From positions 143 through 25,680 of the forward strand of contig DCUE01000065.1 of the NCBI GenBank assembly GCA_002328465.1: DNA of 25,538 nucleotides, in the 5' to 3' direction. Origin of the DNA: Candidatus Dojkabacteria bacterium UBA2222. GTDB lineage: Bacteria; Patescibacteriota; Dojkabacteria; SC72. Below the pieces are notes generated by a model, which was not told the DNA's origin, searched no databases, and saw nothing but the letters and a program-made list of their open reading frames with translations. The position numbers were made by a program, and so were the translations under genes. Positions 1-7,196 of the stretch are shown here, in pieces (positions within the stretch are counted from its first letter, which is position 1; every line of letters starts with the position of its first letter).

Positions 1-20
1 GTCGAAAGCCTTACGTCCCC
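1..20 (-). ncRNA. ssrA: Probable 5' end of tmRNA (runs off the window start)
   Basis: Minus strand reads GGGGACGTAAGGCTTTCGAC, matching the conserved tmRNA 5' motif GGGG..G....G..TTCGAC (B. subtilis-type GGGGACGTTACGGATTCGAC). An extended -10 lies 20 nt upstream. Only 20 nt are visible. Confidence 0.65.
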
Positions 21-36
21 ATATTCTTAAAGAACG

Positions 37-1278
37 TTATATTATACCATTTTCTTTAATAATCTTGGAGTAAAACTCTCCACTTCTCTTAATTCTTCTC
101 TCTTTAGTTTGAGGATCTACAGAAACTAATCCAAATTTTGGCCAAAAGCCTTTGTCCCATTCGAAATTATCTAACAATGACCAATGAAGATACCCCATTA
201 ATTCAACACTTTCTTCCTTAATTGCTTTGTCCATAGCCTTAACAGTTTCTTCTATCCACCAAATCCTTTTATTATCGTCTAATGTAGCCAATCCATTTTC
301 GGTAATAAAGATAGGTTTGTTGTATCTCTCCTTAATCTTAACCAAAACATTGAATATTTTCCCTGGATCTAACCACCATCCTAAATCTGAAATAATATCA
401 TTATCATTTCTTAAACCTCTTATCCCCAACCTATTATGGAAATAGAAGTTAATCCCTAAGAAATCTGTATATTTAACAACCTGATCCATTATTGAAACAG
501 TCATATACCTATCGAAAAGAAAAGCTACGAACCTATTCCAAGGGGCCCTACTACACGAAGAAACGTGCCAAACATTCTTCGCCAATGACACCTTAGACCC
601 TTTATCAATATCTTTGATAGTTTTGTACGAATCTATGTACATCTTTGGTAATACTTTCTTAAATACCTTATGAAAAAGAAATGGATTTTTAATTCCTGGT
701 GGCCACATTCCTAAAAGATATGATGCTGCAAAGGACTCTGGTTCATTTATTACAATCCAATAATCTACATATTCACCAAGCTCTTTGGCTAGAAAAGATA
801 CATACTCATTGAAGTATTTATAAATATTTTTTGAAAGTAAACCACCCTCCTCATCTAGCCATACTGGAATAGTCCAATGCCAACAAGTTAATACAATTTT
901 TATATTGTTATCTCTAAGAGCCTTAAGATATTTTCTGTAATACTCAATCTCTTTACTATCAAAAACTCCCCTCTCTGGTTGTATTCGAGACCATTCTACA
1001 GAGAGACGATATGCTTTTAAATTAAGCTTTTTGATAGCTTCAATATCTCTCTCCCAATATTTATAACTATCACATGAATAGCTTGAATTTGATTTATAGT
1101 TCTCTGGATCACAAGCCACCTCTTTAAGAGCTTCGTTTGAGGGCCTCTGACCGTCCTTAGACAGGCGGGTAGCATTCTTCTCCTCCCATTTTACCCAGTT
1201 ATTAATCAACCCCCCTTCTATCTGGTGTGAGGCCGTTGCGGCTCCCCAAAGAAAACCTTCTGGAAACTTCTTACTCAT
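37..1278 (-). CDS. Glycoside hydrolase family 1 (beta-glucosidase/beta-galactosidase type)
   Basis: FPEGFLWGAATASHQIEG N-terminal signature, YRLSVEWSRIQP, INEP (acid/base Glu), ITENG (nucleophile Glu), WSLLDNFEW and PKFGL. Start overlaps the TrmH stop by 8 nt. Confidence 0.95.
   Translation of the reverse strand: MSKKFPEGFLWGAATASHQIEGGLINNWVKWEEKNATRLSKDGQRPSNEALKEVACDPENYKSNSSYSCDSYKYWERDIEAIKKLNLKAYRLSVEWSRIQPERGVFDSKEIEYYRKYLKALRDNNIKIVLTCWHWTIPVWLDEEGGLLSKNIYKYFNEYVSFLAKELGEYVDYWIVINEPESFAASYLLGMWPPGIKNPFLFHKVFKKVLPKMYIDSYKTIKDIDKGSKVSLAKNVWHVSSCSRAPWNRFVAFLFDRYMTVSIMDQVVKYTDFLGINFYFHNRLGIRGLRNDNDIISDLGWWLDPGKIFNVLVKIKERYNKPIFITENGLATLDDNKRIWWIEETVKAMDKAIKEESVELMGYLHWSLLDNFEWDKGFWPKFGLVSVDPQTKERRIKRSGEFYSKIIKENGII
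41..49 (-). promoter_or_regulatory. Extended -10 element TGGTATAAT, candidate ssrA promoter, inside the last codons of the GH1 gene
   Basis: Plus ATTATACCA = minus TGGTATAAT (TGn-TATAAT), 20 nt upstream of the GGGG tmRNA-like start. Confidence 0.5.
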
Positions 1279-1996
1279 CTTTGCTTGCTTCCCACAAACT
1301 TATTGCTGTTGCAACTGAAAGATTTAAAGAATCTATCTCATCAGAGTGTTTAATATATACACTCTCTCCTAAATCTGAATATGAACTATCTAAACCGGTT
1401 GATTCATTCCCCTGAATTATTGAATACGGCTTTTTAAAGACAACTTCTCTCAATTCCTTCTTTCCGTTAAGCATAAAGGGGTATTTATTGTGATTTGGAA
1501 ACTCTTTTACATATTCCTCAATGCTATTAAAATATGCAAAACGTATTCTAAATAGTGCTCCCATTGTTGATCTAACAACCAAAGGGTCGAAGATATCAAC
1601 CCCTGGTTTAATAATTGCTAAATCTTTTAAACCGAAACCCAACATTGTCCTCACTATCGTTCCCAAATTCCCCATATTAGAAGGGTTAACCAAAACGATA
1701 TGGCTTTCTGTGTTACTTACTTGTGATTCATACTTTTTAAACACTCCAACTACATAGGTATTTTCTTTTACAGCAATCTTATCAATCAGCCTATCATTTA
1801 CCTCTATTAAAATATCTTTCTCTTTACATATGCTCTGTATCTCTTCTACTCCCTCACTATCTAGTCCCTCCTTTTTCAATATGACTTTGTAGACTTTGTC
1901 TGGATGCTGACTAAGTAAATCTAATACTGGATATGCACCGAAGGCATATGAATATTCAAACTTTTTTTGATATTTCTTTATCTTAGGAGAATACAT
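1271..1996 (-). CDS. TrmH/SpoU-family SPOUT RNA 2'-O-methyltransferase
   Basis: NPSNMGNLGTIVRT (motif 1), IIQGNESTGL (motif 2), IDSLNLSVATAISLWE (motif 3), plus an N-terminal substrate-binding domain. Confidence 0.9.
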   Translation of the reverse strand: MYSPKIKKYQKKFEYSYAFGAYPVLDLLSQHPDKVYKVILKKEGLDSEGVEEIQSICKEKDILIEVNDRLIDKIAVKENTYVVGVFKKYESQVSNTESHIVLVNPSNMGNLGTIVRTMLGFGLKDLAIIKPGVDIFDPLVVRSTMGALFRIRFAYFNSIEEYVKEFPNHNKYPFMLNGKKELREVVFKKPYSIIQGNESTGLDSSYSDLGESVYIKHSDEIDSLNLSVATAISLWEASKDE

Positions 1997-1997
1997 G

Positions 1998-2954
1998 TTA
2001 CTTTTTTAATATGTCTTTAAATATCTTGTCCGTTGTTTTCTTTTTCTGTTCTTTAGATATCTTCCACTTCTCTTCTCTTAATATCATATATGCCTCTTCA
2101 ACCTTCCTTTTCGTTAAAGAGAGAAGCATGTTCTTTCTCTTCAATTCATTCTGAGCCCTCTCCTCGCTCTTATACATTTCATATATGCTGTATAGGAAGC
2201 CTACAAGAAGAATTGCATAGCTTAAGAATTTCGCCAATGTAGAAAGGTTTAACATTAACTCATATTCCAGATTTAAATACGGTAGGAAAAATATCTGTGC
2301 TAGGATTGAAAATGTAAGAGAAAATATTATCCAGAAATCAAAGTGCCTGTAATACATACCCTTGCTTTGCGTAAAGCCTAAGAGAGTAAAAAGATATACC
2401 ATCAAGGCAATGGTTTGCATCGCTATTGCGAATATATATGATTCAAAGCCCTCAAAAAAATTCGTGAAAGAAGATATTACTAAAACAAAAATTGCTATTG
2501 ATACTAAGAGAGAAGAAAAGGCTACTTTCTCTTTGACTCCCCGAATTTTCCTTTCCTCCTTCATTAGGATCCAGCTAAAGAAGAATACCAATGAAAGGAA
2601 CACCCTTGAGAGTACTATGCTACTTGGAAACATTTCGGATGTCTCAATTGATAGAAATTCAGAAAAGCCTTTAAACGAAAGTAAGATTTGGAAACCATCA
2701 AGTAGTGATACTGTTAGAAATCCTAAACCGAGTAATAGGTAATTTATGTATGTTTTTTTTGTATAGAAGCGCACAAGTGCAAGAATTCCAATAAAGAAGG
2801 CAAAGATACTTGCAAATAAATCTATCAGCCTTTGAAAATCTTTTAACCAAGCAAAATTACCAGAAATATATGCAAAAAGTAAGAAAAAGAATATTGATAT
2901 CAATATAAGCAACTCTTTCTCCCTTATCTCTTGTTTTGTAATCTTCTTTTGCAT
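1998..2954 (-). CDS. Polytopic membrane protein, MASE3-like sensor domain with a C-terminal coiled coil and no output domain
   Basis: About 7-8 hydrophobic segments. Pattern IGILALVRFY..YLLLGLGFLTVSLLDG..SRVF..FDFWIIFSL..KFLSY..LVGFLYSIY resembles MASE3 sensors of kinases/cyclases (recognition by eye). Charged helical tail with no H-box or GGDEF. Confidence 0.6.
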   Translation of the reverse strand: MQKKITKQEIREKELLILISIFFFLLFAYISGNFAWLKDFQRLIDLFASIFAFFIGILALVRFYTKKTYINYLLLGLGFLTVSLLDGFQILLSFKGFSEFLSIETSEMFPSSIVLSRVFLSLVFFFSWILMKEERKIRGVKEKVAFSSLLVSIAIFVLVISSFTNFFEGFESYIFAIAMQTIALMVYLFTLLGFTQSKGMYYRHFDFWIIFSLTFSILAQIFFLPYLNLEYELMLNLSTLAKFLSYAILLVGFLYSIYEMYKSEERAQNELKRKNMLLSLTKRKVEEAYMILREEKWKISKEQKKKTTDKIFKDILKK

Positions 2955-2972
2955 ATTTTTACTTACTACATT

Positions 2973-3500
2973 TTAATACATGTCTTTAGAAAATGATATC
3001 TTCTGATTTCTTTCTGCATGTGGAGCACAAACTGTAACGATACCTCCCCCATCGTGAGAAATAAAGTAACCGGTACCATTTACTGAAACATAGAGAGGAT
3101 CGTTTGGCATAACAACTAGCGCCTCTTCGTTACCTTCTATTAGAAATCCCATACTAACCAAATCAGTACAATTGTATGGCCCTGTTTTGCATATCTCATG
3201 TGTAAACTCTACACATTCAGAGGAGCTAGGTATTACTGTTGGAATACTCTCTTTCCCCTCAACATACGAACTTACATATGAAAGGACTGTAGAGATATCT
3301 GCAGATCTTTTTAGGTTCCTCGCTTCTGCTGCCTCTTTGTTAGGATTTATTGCTAGAAGAATCAGGAACACAACTATTCCCACAGCAGAAAGGATTAACA
3401 TTATCTCTGTTATCTTCAATCTTTCTGAAGAGGTCTTTTCTATTTTTGTTACAGAAGGAACAAAGTTTATTGTCTCTGCGTTTAAATCTGGGGCATCCAT
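2973..3500 (-). CDS. Type IV pilin-like protein (CPR type) with a degenerate prepilin cleavage site
   Basis: TEIMLILSAVGIVVFLILLAINP..EARNLKRSADI..ICKT..C..L..MPNDP..TGY..VTVCAPHAE matches the CPR pilin pattern. ATG at 3500 is preferred over the track's TTG at 3515. Confidence 0.75.
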   Translation of the reverse strand: MDAPDLNAETINFVPSVTKIEKTSSERLKITEIMLILSAVGIVVFLILLAINPNKEAAEARNLKRSADISTVLSYVSSYVEGKESIPTVIPSSSECVEFTHEICKTGPYNCTDLVSMGFLIEGNEEALVVMPNDPLYVSVNGTGYFISHDGGGIVTVCAPHAERNQKISFSKDMY

Positions 3501-3623
3501 ATATACATAATACAAAAAAGTACGACTATTTTATATAGCCCTATACAAAGACCGATAATATGATAATAGGTTTTATATAGTAATTATATTAAAGAAAAGA
3601 CTTACACAGCAACGTTCCTACGA

Positions 3624-3632
3624 TTATCCACA
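3624..3632 (+). promoter_or_regulatory. Perfect canonical DnaA box TTATCCACA in the intergenic region upstream of the pilin-like gene
   Basis: Exact 9-mer. A 2-mismatch inverted copy TGTGGGTAT lies at 3646-3654. Function untested. Confidence 0.4.
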
Positions 3633-3716
3633 GAGAAGGATAAAATGTGGGTATCTTCGAGAAAATTCTCTTTAAAGGAAATATTGGTACTAAAAAGCTC
3701 TTGAATTGAAGAAATA

Positions 3717-3805
3717 CGGAGAGGGTGGGATTCGAACCCACGGTTCAGGAAACCCCGAACAGCACATTTCGAGTGTGCCCTATTCGACCACTCTAGCACC
3801 TCTCC
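3717..3805 (-). tRNA. tRNA-Ser(CGA), CCA not encoded
   Basis: GGAGAGG/CCTCTCC acceptor stem, G discriminator, anticodon arm GCACA-CTCGAAA-TGTGC, long variable arm, GGTTCGAATCC T-loop. Confidence 0.96.
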
Positions 3806-3841
3806 AGACGATTCTTATTGGAAATTATACATCAATATCTA

Positions 3842-4531
3842 CTAAATCTCTTCAAATGGTATGTATTCACCATATGTCATAGAGTCTAGCTTGCTCTGTT
3901 TTCTAATATCTCTATATAATACTTTCTCTTGCAGAAGAATAAATATAGCATCTTTATCTGCACCATCAAGAAGTAGTATTAAAGATCTTGGGTATCTAAG
4001 TTTTGTTTCTACAATAAGAAAATATTGCCCATTCTTAATCGAAAACCAGAAAGCATCCAGTACAAACCATTCATACAGCTTTCCTCCAGTATCAACTCCC
4101 CTAGCAGTAATCTTATGTTTAACTTTTAAGGGTTTGTTTGTACCAGCAACATAAACAAAAAACAGCAAAGATATTATTGCTGCCATTAAATAGTACTGCT
4201 CCAGAATTGCTAAGAACAGGACAAATAGGAGGGAAATGGAAAGTATAATCCAAAAGTTCTTTGACTTAAATTCAAATTTGTATCTCTCTGGAGACTCCCA
4301 CTCAAAAAGTTTAATATTTTGAATAACTCTTTTCGCTGGAATATCACTTTCTTCTAGAACAATATCCTTCTCCGCAATCTTTTTCCTAAATTCCACTTTC
4401 TGTTTTCTCTTTGCTTCCTCTTTTAGCTTGGTAAGCTTCTCTTCTCTCTCTCTTAGTTGCATTTCCCCTGAAAGAATATTCATAATATCACTAAATTCCG
4501 CTTTTATTGTTTTCTTAGTATCAATTGCCAT
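3842..4531 (-). CDS. Conserved CPR-type membrane protein (DUF5673-like), two TM helices
   Basis: FEWESPE..TM-TM..KITARGVDTGGKLYEW..LDAFWF pattern recalled from widespread Patescibacteria proteins. Charged N-terminal extension. Confidence 0.6.
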   Translation of the reverse strand: MAIDTKKTIKAEFSDIMNILSGEMQLREREEKLTKLKEEAKRKQKVEFRKKIAEKDIVLEESDIPAKRVIQNIKLFEWESPERYKFEFKSKNFWIILSISLLFVLFLAILEQYYLMAAIISLLFFVYVAGTNKPLKVKHKITARGVDTGGKLYEWFVLDAFWFSIKNGQYFLIVETKLRYPRSLILLLDGADKDAIFILLQEKVLYRDIRKQSKLDSMTYGEYIPFEEI

Positions 4532-4540
4532 ATATCATTA

Positions 4541-4951
4541 TCATATAACAAAGGAGGCTATAATAACAACTAAGAGAATGCCTAGCCCCCAATATATATT
4601 AAGTATATGAAAAAAGTTCAGTATTAAAACAAAAGATACCCCTAGGGTAAAAAATAGCGCCCATTTAATACACACTATTTTAAGTTCTCTAGAATCTTCC
4701 TTCCGTAAGACAACTCTAAGTAAAAAGTAGGATATTAAACAGGAGGTAGAGAATATAGAGAAAAAGAAAAGTATTGCAACCGTTAAAATATTTGTCCAGT
4801 TATACTCTCCAAGATTATTAAATGGTAAGAAATCTCTTAGGGATATCAAATACAACAAAATTGCAACAGAAAATATTAGAAAAAAGATAGGTGTAAAAAT
4901 GAATTTAAGATTTTTAGGTTTATAAGTTTTGGAATCCATCTTACTAAGCAC
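4541..4951 (-). CDS. Hypothetical membrane protein (about 4 TM)
   Basis: 136-aa ORF with four hydrophobic stretches, co-oriented and 9 nt from the next gene. Start is GTG 4951 or ATG 4939. Confidence 0.6.
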   Translation of the reverse strand: MLSKMDSKTYKPKNLKFIFTPIFFLIFSVAILLYLISLRDFLPFNNLGEYNWTNILTVAILFFFSIFSTSCLISYFLLRVVLRKEDSRELKIVCIKWALFFTLGVSFVLILNFFHILNIYWGLGILLVVIIASFVI

Positions 4952-4983
4952 TATTCTTTAAAATTAATTTTAAAAGCATACCT

Positions 4984-5703
4984 ATGAATATTTTAATTAT
5001 AGAGAAATCTAAGACTATTTCCCATATCTTAAAGAATACTCTGATTGCATATGGATACAATATTACTCAAGATAGTGCAGATCTTAGTAGTGAATCGTTG
5101 ATTAGAAGGGGAATTTTTGAGATTTTAATCATTGATACAAATGTTGTTGGGAAATACTCTACCCTAGATATCATAAAGAAGGTAAAAGATAGGAAGAATT
5201 CAGAAATTAAAATATTGGGGATTTGTAGTGTAGGAACCTGGAAAGATAAGGTAAACTTCCTAAATAATGGAGGAGATGATGTACTCTCGTATCCATTTCC
5301 TATGCAAGAGTTAATAGCTCGAATCCAATCTTTGTTAAGAAGGCCGAATAATTACATCGATAATCGTATATACATAGGAGATATCCTCTTAGATACTAAC
5401 AGTAAGAGTGTCTCTTCAAAAAATAGTGATATAGATTTAAGAAAGAAAGAGTATCAGCTATTAGAGTATTTAATTAGGAACAAAAATAGAACAGTAAGTA
5501 GATGTGAATTGTTAGATCATGTTTGGGATTATCGAAGCTATACTGGCTCGAATACAATAGATGTACATATTAAAAGATTAAGAGATAAGCTACCAAAAAA
5601 GAGCCTTATTGAAACAGTTCATGGACAAGGCTATAGAATAAAAGATTCTAAAGCATCATTGGCATTACAAGATGAACAAAATCAGGATCCTCTACAATCT
5701 TAA
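4984..5703 (+). CDS. OmpR/PhoB-family response regulator with an atypical receiver domain; orphan
   Basis: Receiver fold plus winged helix (KEYQLLEYL..VSRCELLDHVW..NTIDVHIKRLRDKL..IETVHGQGY). Receiver has IEKS for IEDD, ICS for LTA and LSYPF for LTKPF. Confidence 0.92.
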   Translation: MNILIIEKSKTISHILKNTLIAYGYNITQDSADLSSESLIRRGIFEILIIDTNVVGKYSTLDIIKKVKDRKNSEIKILGICSVGTWKDKVNFLNNGGDDVLSYPFPMQELIARIQSLLRRPNNYIDNRIYIGDILLDTNSKSVSSKNSDIDLRKKEYQLLEYLIRNKNRTVSRCELLDHVWDYRSYTGSNTIDVHIKRLRDKLPKKSLIETVHGQGYRIKDSKASLALQDEQNQDPLQS

Positions 5704-6769
5704 AGACTCCTGGTTTAATAGTTTCAGAACACTCAAAGGAGATATCTTCAGAATCTAAATGATTAAGAATATCCGTTAGTAGTCTAGAACTAAAAGCTAT
5801 TTTTAAGGTATCTCCCTCTATCTTCCCAGAGAAAGTACTCTTATTACTACCCAGATCTGTCTGTGTAGCAGATAGTATTATTTTATCCTCACTTGGATCT
5901 ATATCTAATATGAGCTTATTACCCAGTACACTTTTTGCAATTATATTAGTAACTTTTAGAGAGTTAAGGAAATCAGATTTAGATACCTTACAGACTGTTT
6001 TATACCCAGTAGGTATAATCTGTCTATATTCTGGAAATTGTCCATCTATTAATCTCGATACTAAATCTACATCACTATACCTAAACAATACTTGATTCCT
6101 ATCTTCTATTAAATAAACCTCAACAGAATCATCCTCTCCTACTTCGGATACTATGTGTGCTAATTCCAATAAAGCCTTAACAGGTACTAGTATGTTTACA
6201 TCTTTCTCTGCACTAGATTCTAACTTTATAATCTGCCTTGATAATCTTAATCCATCTGTACCTACAAAAGATACACTCTCTCCTACAACTTCAAGCAATA
6301 CACCTGTTAAAACTGGCTTAATATCATCGGTAGCAGAGGCAAATGCCACTCTATTTACTGCCTTTGCTAAATCATCTTTTGCAATTTTAAACAAAGGTTT
6401 CTTACCTGTTACAGTAGCAACAGATGGAAAATCCTCTGCGGACATAGTATTAAAATTTGCAGAGTTATTAGTGGTCGAGATATTAAAGGTCTGATTATCC
6501 AAACTTGCATCTACTGCTTCGGAGGGTATTGATGTTACAAATTCAGTAAGCTGTTTTGCAGGTACTGTAGTTTGACCTTCTGATTTTACATCTGCACCTA
6601 TCCAAGTATTAATACCTATTTCTAAATCGGTAGCAGTCATAATTAGTTTTCCTTTGTTAGTTTCAAATCTGACGTTATTCAGAATAGGCAAACCTGGTTT
6701 ACTACTTACTACCCTACTAATTATATTTAGGTACTTTGCTAAAGTATCTTGATTACAAGAGAATTGCAT
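5648..6769 (-). CDS. dnaN: DNA polymerase III beta sliding clamp
   Basis: LPILNNV, ATDLEIGI, VGTDGLRLS, RLIDGQFPEYRQIIP and LVMPM motifs; position downstream of dnaA. Confidence 0.98.
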   Translation of the reverse strand: MQFSCNQDTLAKYLNIISRVVSSKPGLPILNNVRFETNKGKLIMTATDLEIGINTWIGADVKSEGQTTVPAKQLTEFVTSIPSEAVDASLDNQTFNISTTNNSANFNTMSAEDFPSVATVTGKKPLFKIAKDDLAKAVNRVAFASATDDIKPVLTGVLLEVVGESVSFVGTDGLRLSRQIIKLESSAEKDVNILVPVKALLELAHIVSEVGEDDSVEVYLIEDRNQVLFRYSDVDLVSRLIDGQFPEYRQIIPTGYKTVCKVSKSDFLNSLKVTNIIAKSVLGNKLILDIDPSEDKIILSATQTDLGSNKSTFSGKIEGDTLKIAFSSRLLTDILNHLDSEDISFECSETIKPGVFKIVEDPDFVHLVMPMML

Positions 6770-6850
6770 CTTTGTATTAAATAATATTATATATTGGGCA
6801 GTAACTTTGTATATTTTACTTAATATTGGTTCTGTTTTCTACTGTTTTAA

Positions 6851-6903
6851 TATTTATATATATATAGTTGTCATAGTAGTAGGGGCTATGGATATGTTGA
6901 TAA
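6851..6903 (-). promoter_or_regulatory. Basal unwinding module: tandem DnaA boxes, GC clamp, DnaA-trios, AT tract
   Basis: Minus strand TTATCAACA-TATCCATA-GCCCC-TACTACTATGACAACTA-TATATATATAAATA has the same order and dnaN-facing orientation as the B. subtilis module (box6/box7-GGCCC-TACTATTACTTCTACTA-AT, as recalled). Confidence 0.85.
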
Positions 6904-6923
6904 TGAACTTTAAATGGTAAGAA

Positions 6924-6940
6924 TACTACTTCTACAACTA
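6924..6940 (+). repeat. Second DnaA-trio-like array TACTACTTCTACAACTA, inverted repeat of 6865-6881
   Basis: Its reverse complement TAGTTGTAGAAGTAGTA matches TAGTTGTCATAGTAGTA (6865-6881) at 14/17. Followed by a T7/AT-rich tract. Confidence 0.7.
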
Positions 6941-7196
6941 GTTTTTTTAATAAATATTTAATGTTGATAACTTAATTAAAACAAAAGATTAAAAATATAC
7001 AGATATCTCTACTTCGTAATCTCTTAACTATGTGTATTCCAAATGTGTACTAATAAGCACAATATGTGTAATCCTGTGAGTAAAAGGATGTTAAGAAAAG
7101 GTTGCTAACAAAGCACTCTGTTATTAAATCAACGTTTTTGAATGTGTATTAACGAGCTACTTATCAACATGAATTCACATTAAATCCACATAACAA

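Larger units (their letters stand above)
6770..7196. other. oriC: Replication origin oriC (dnaA-dnaN intergenic part)
   Basis: 427-bp AT-rich gap with DnaA-box-like TGTTGATAA (6895, 6962) and TTATCAACA (7161), several degenerate TGTG-type boxes, a DnaA-trio array, a GC clamp and a (TA)n tract. Confidence 0.9.

Noticed and set aside
4541-4543. TGA is used as stop by only one of the called genes, and is immediately backed by TAA: possible code 25 (TGA=Gly) as in Gracilibacteria/Absconditabacteria
   Set aside because: Long Gly-containing genes (dnaA, valS, metG, rnj, rpoD) are full length under code 11 with no internal TGA. Low TGA use is expected at this AT content.
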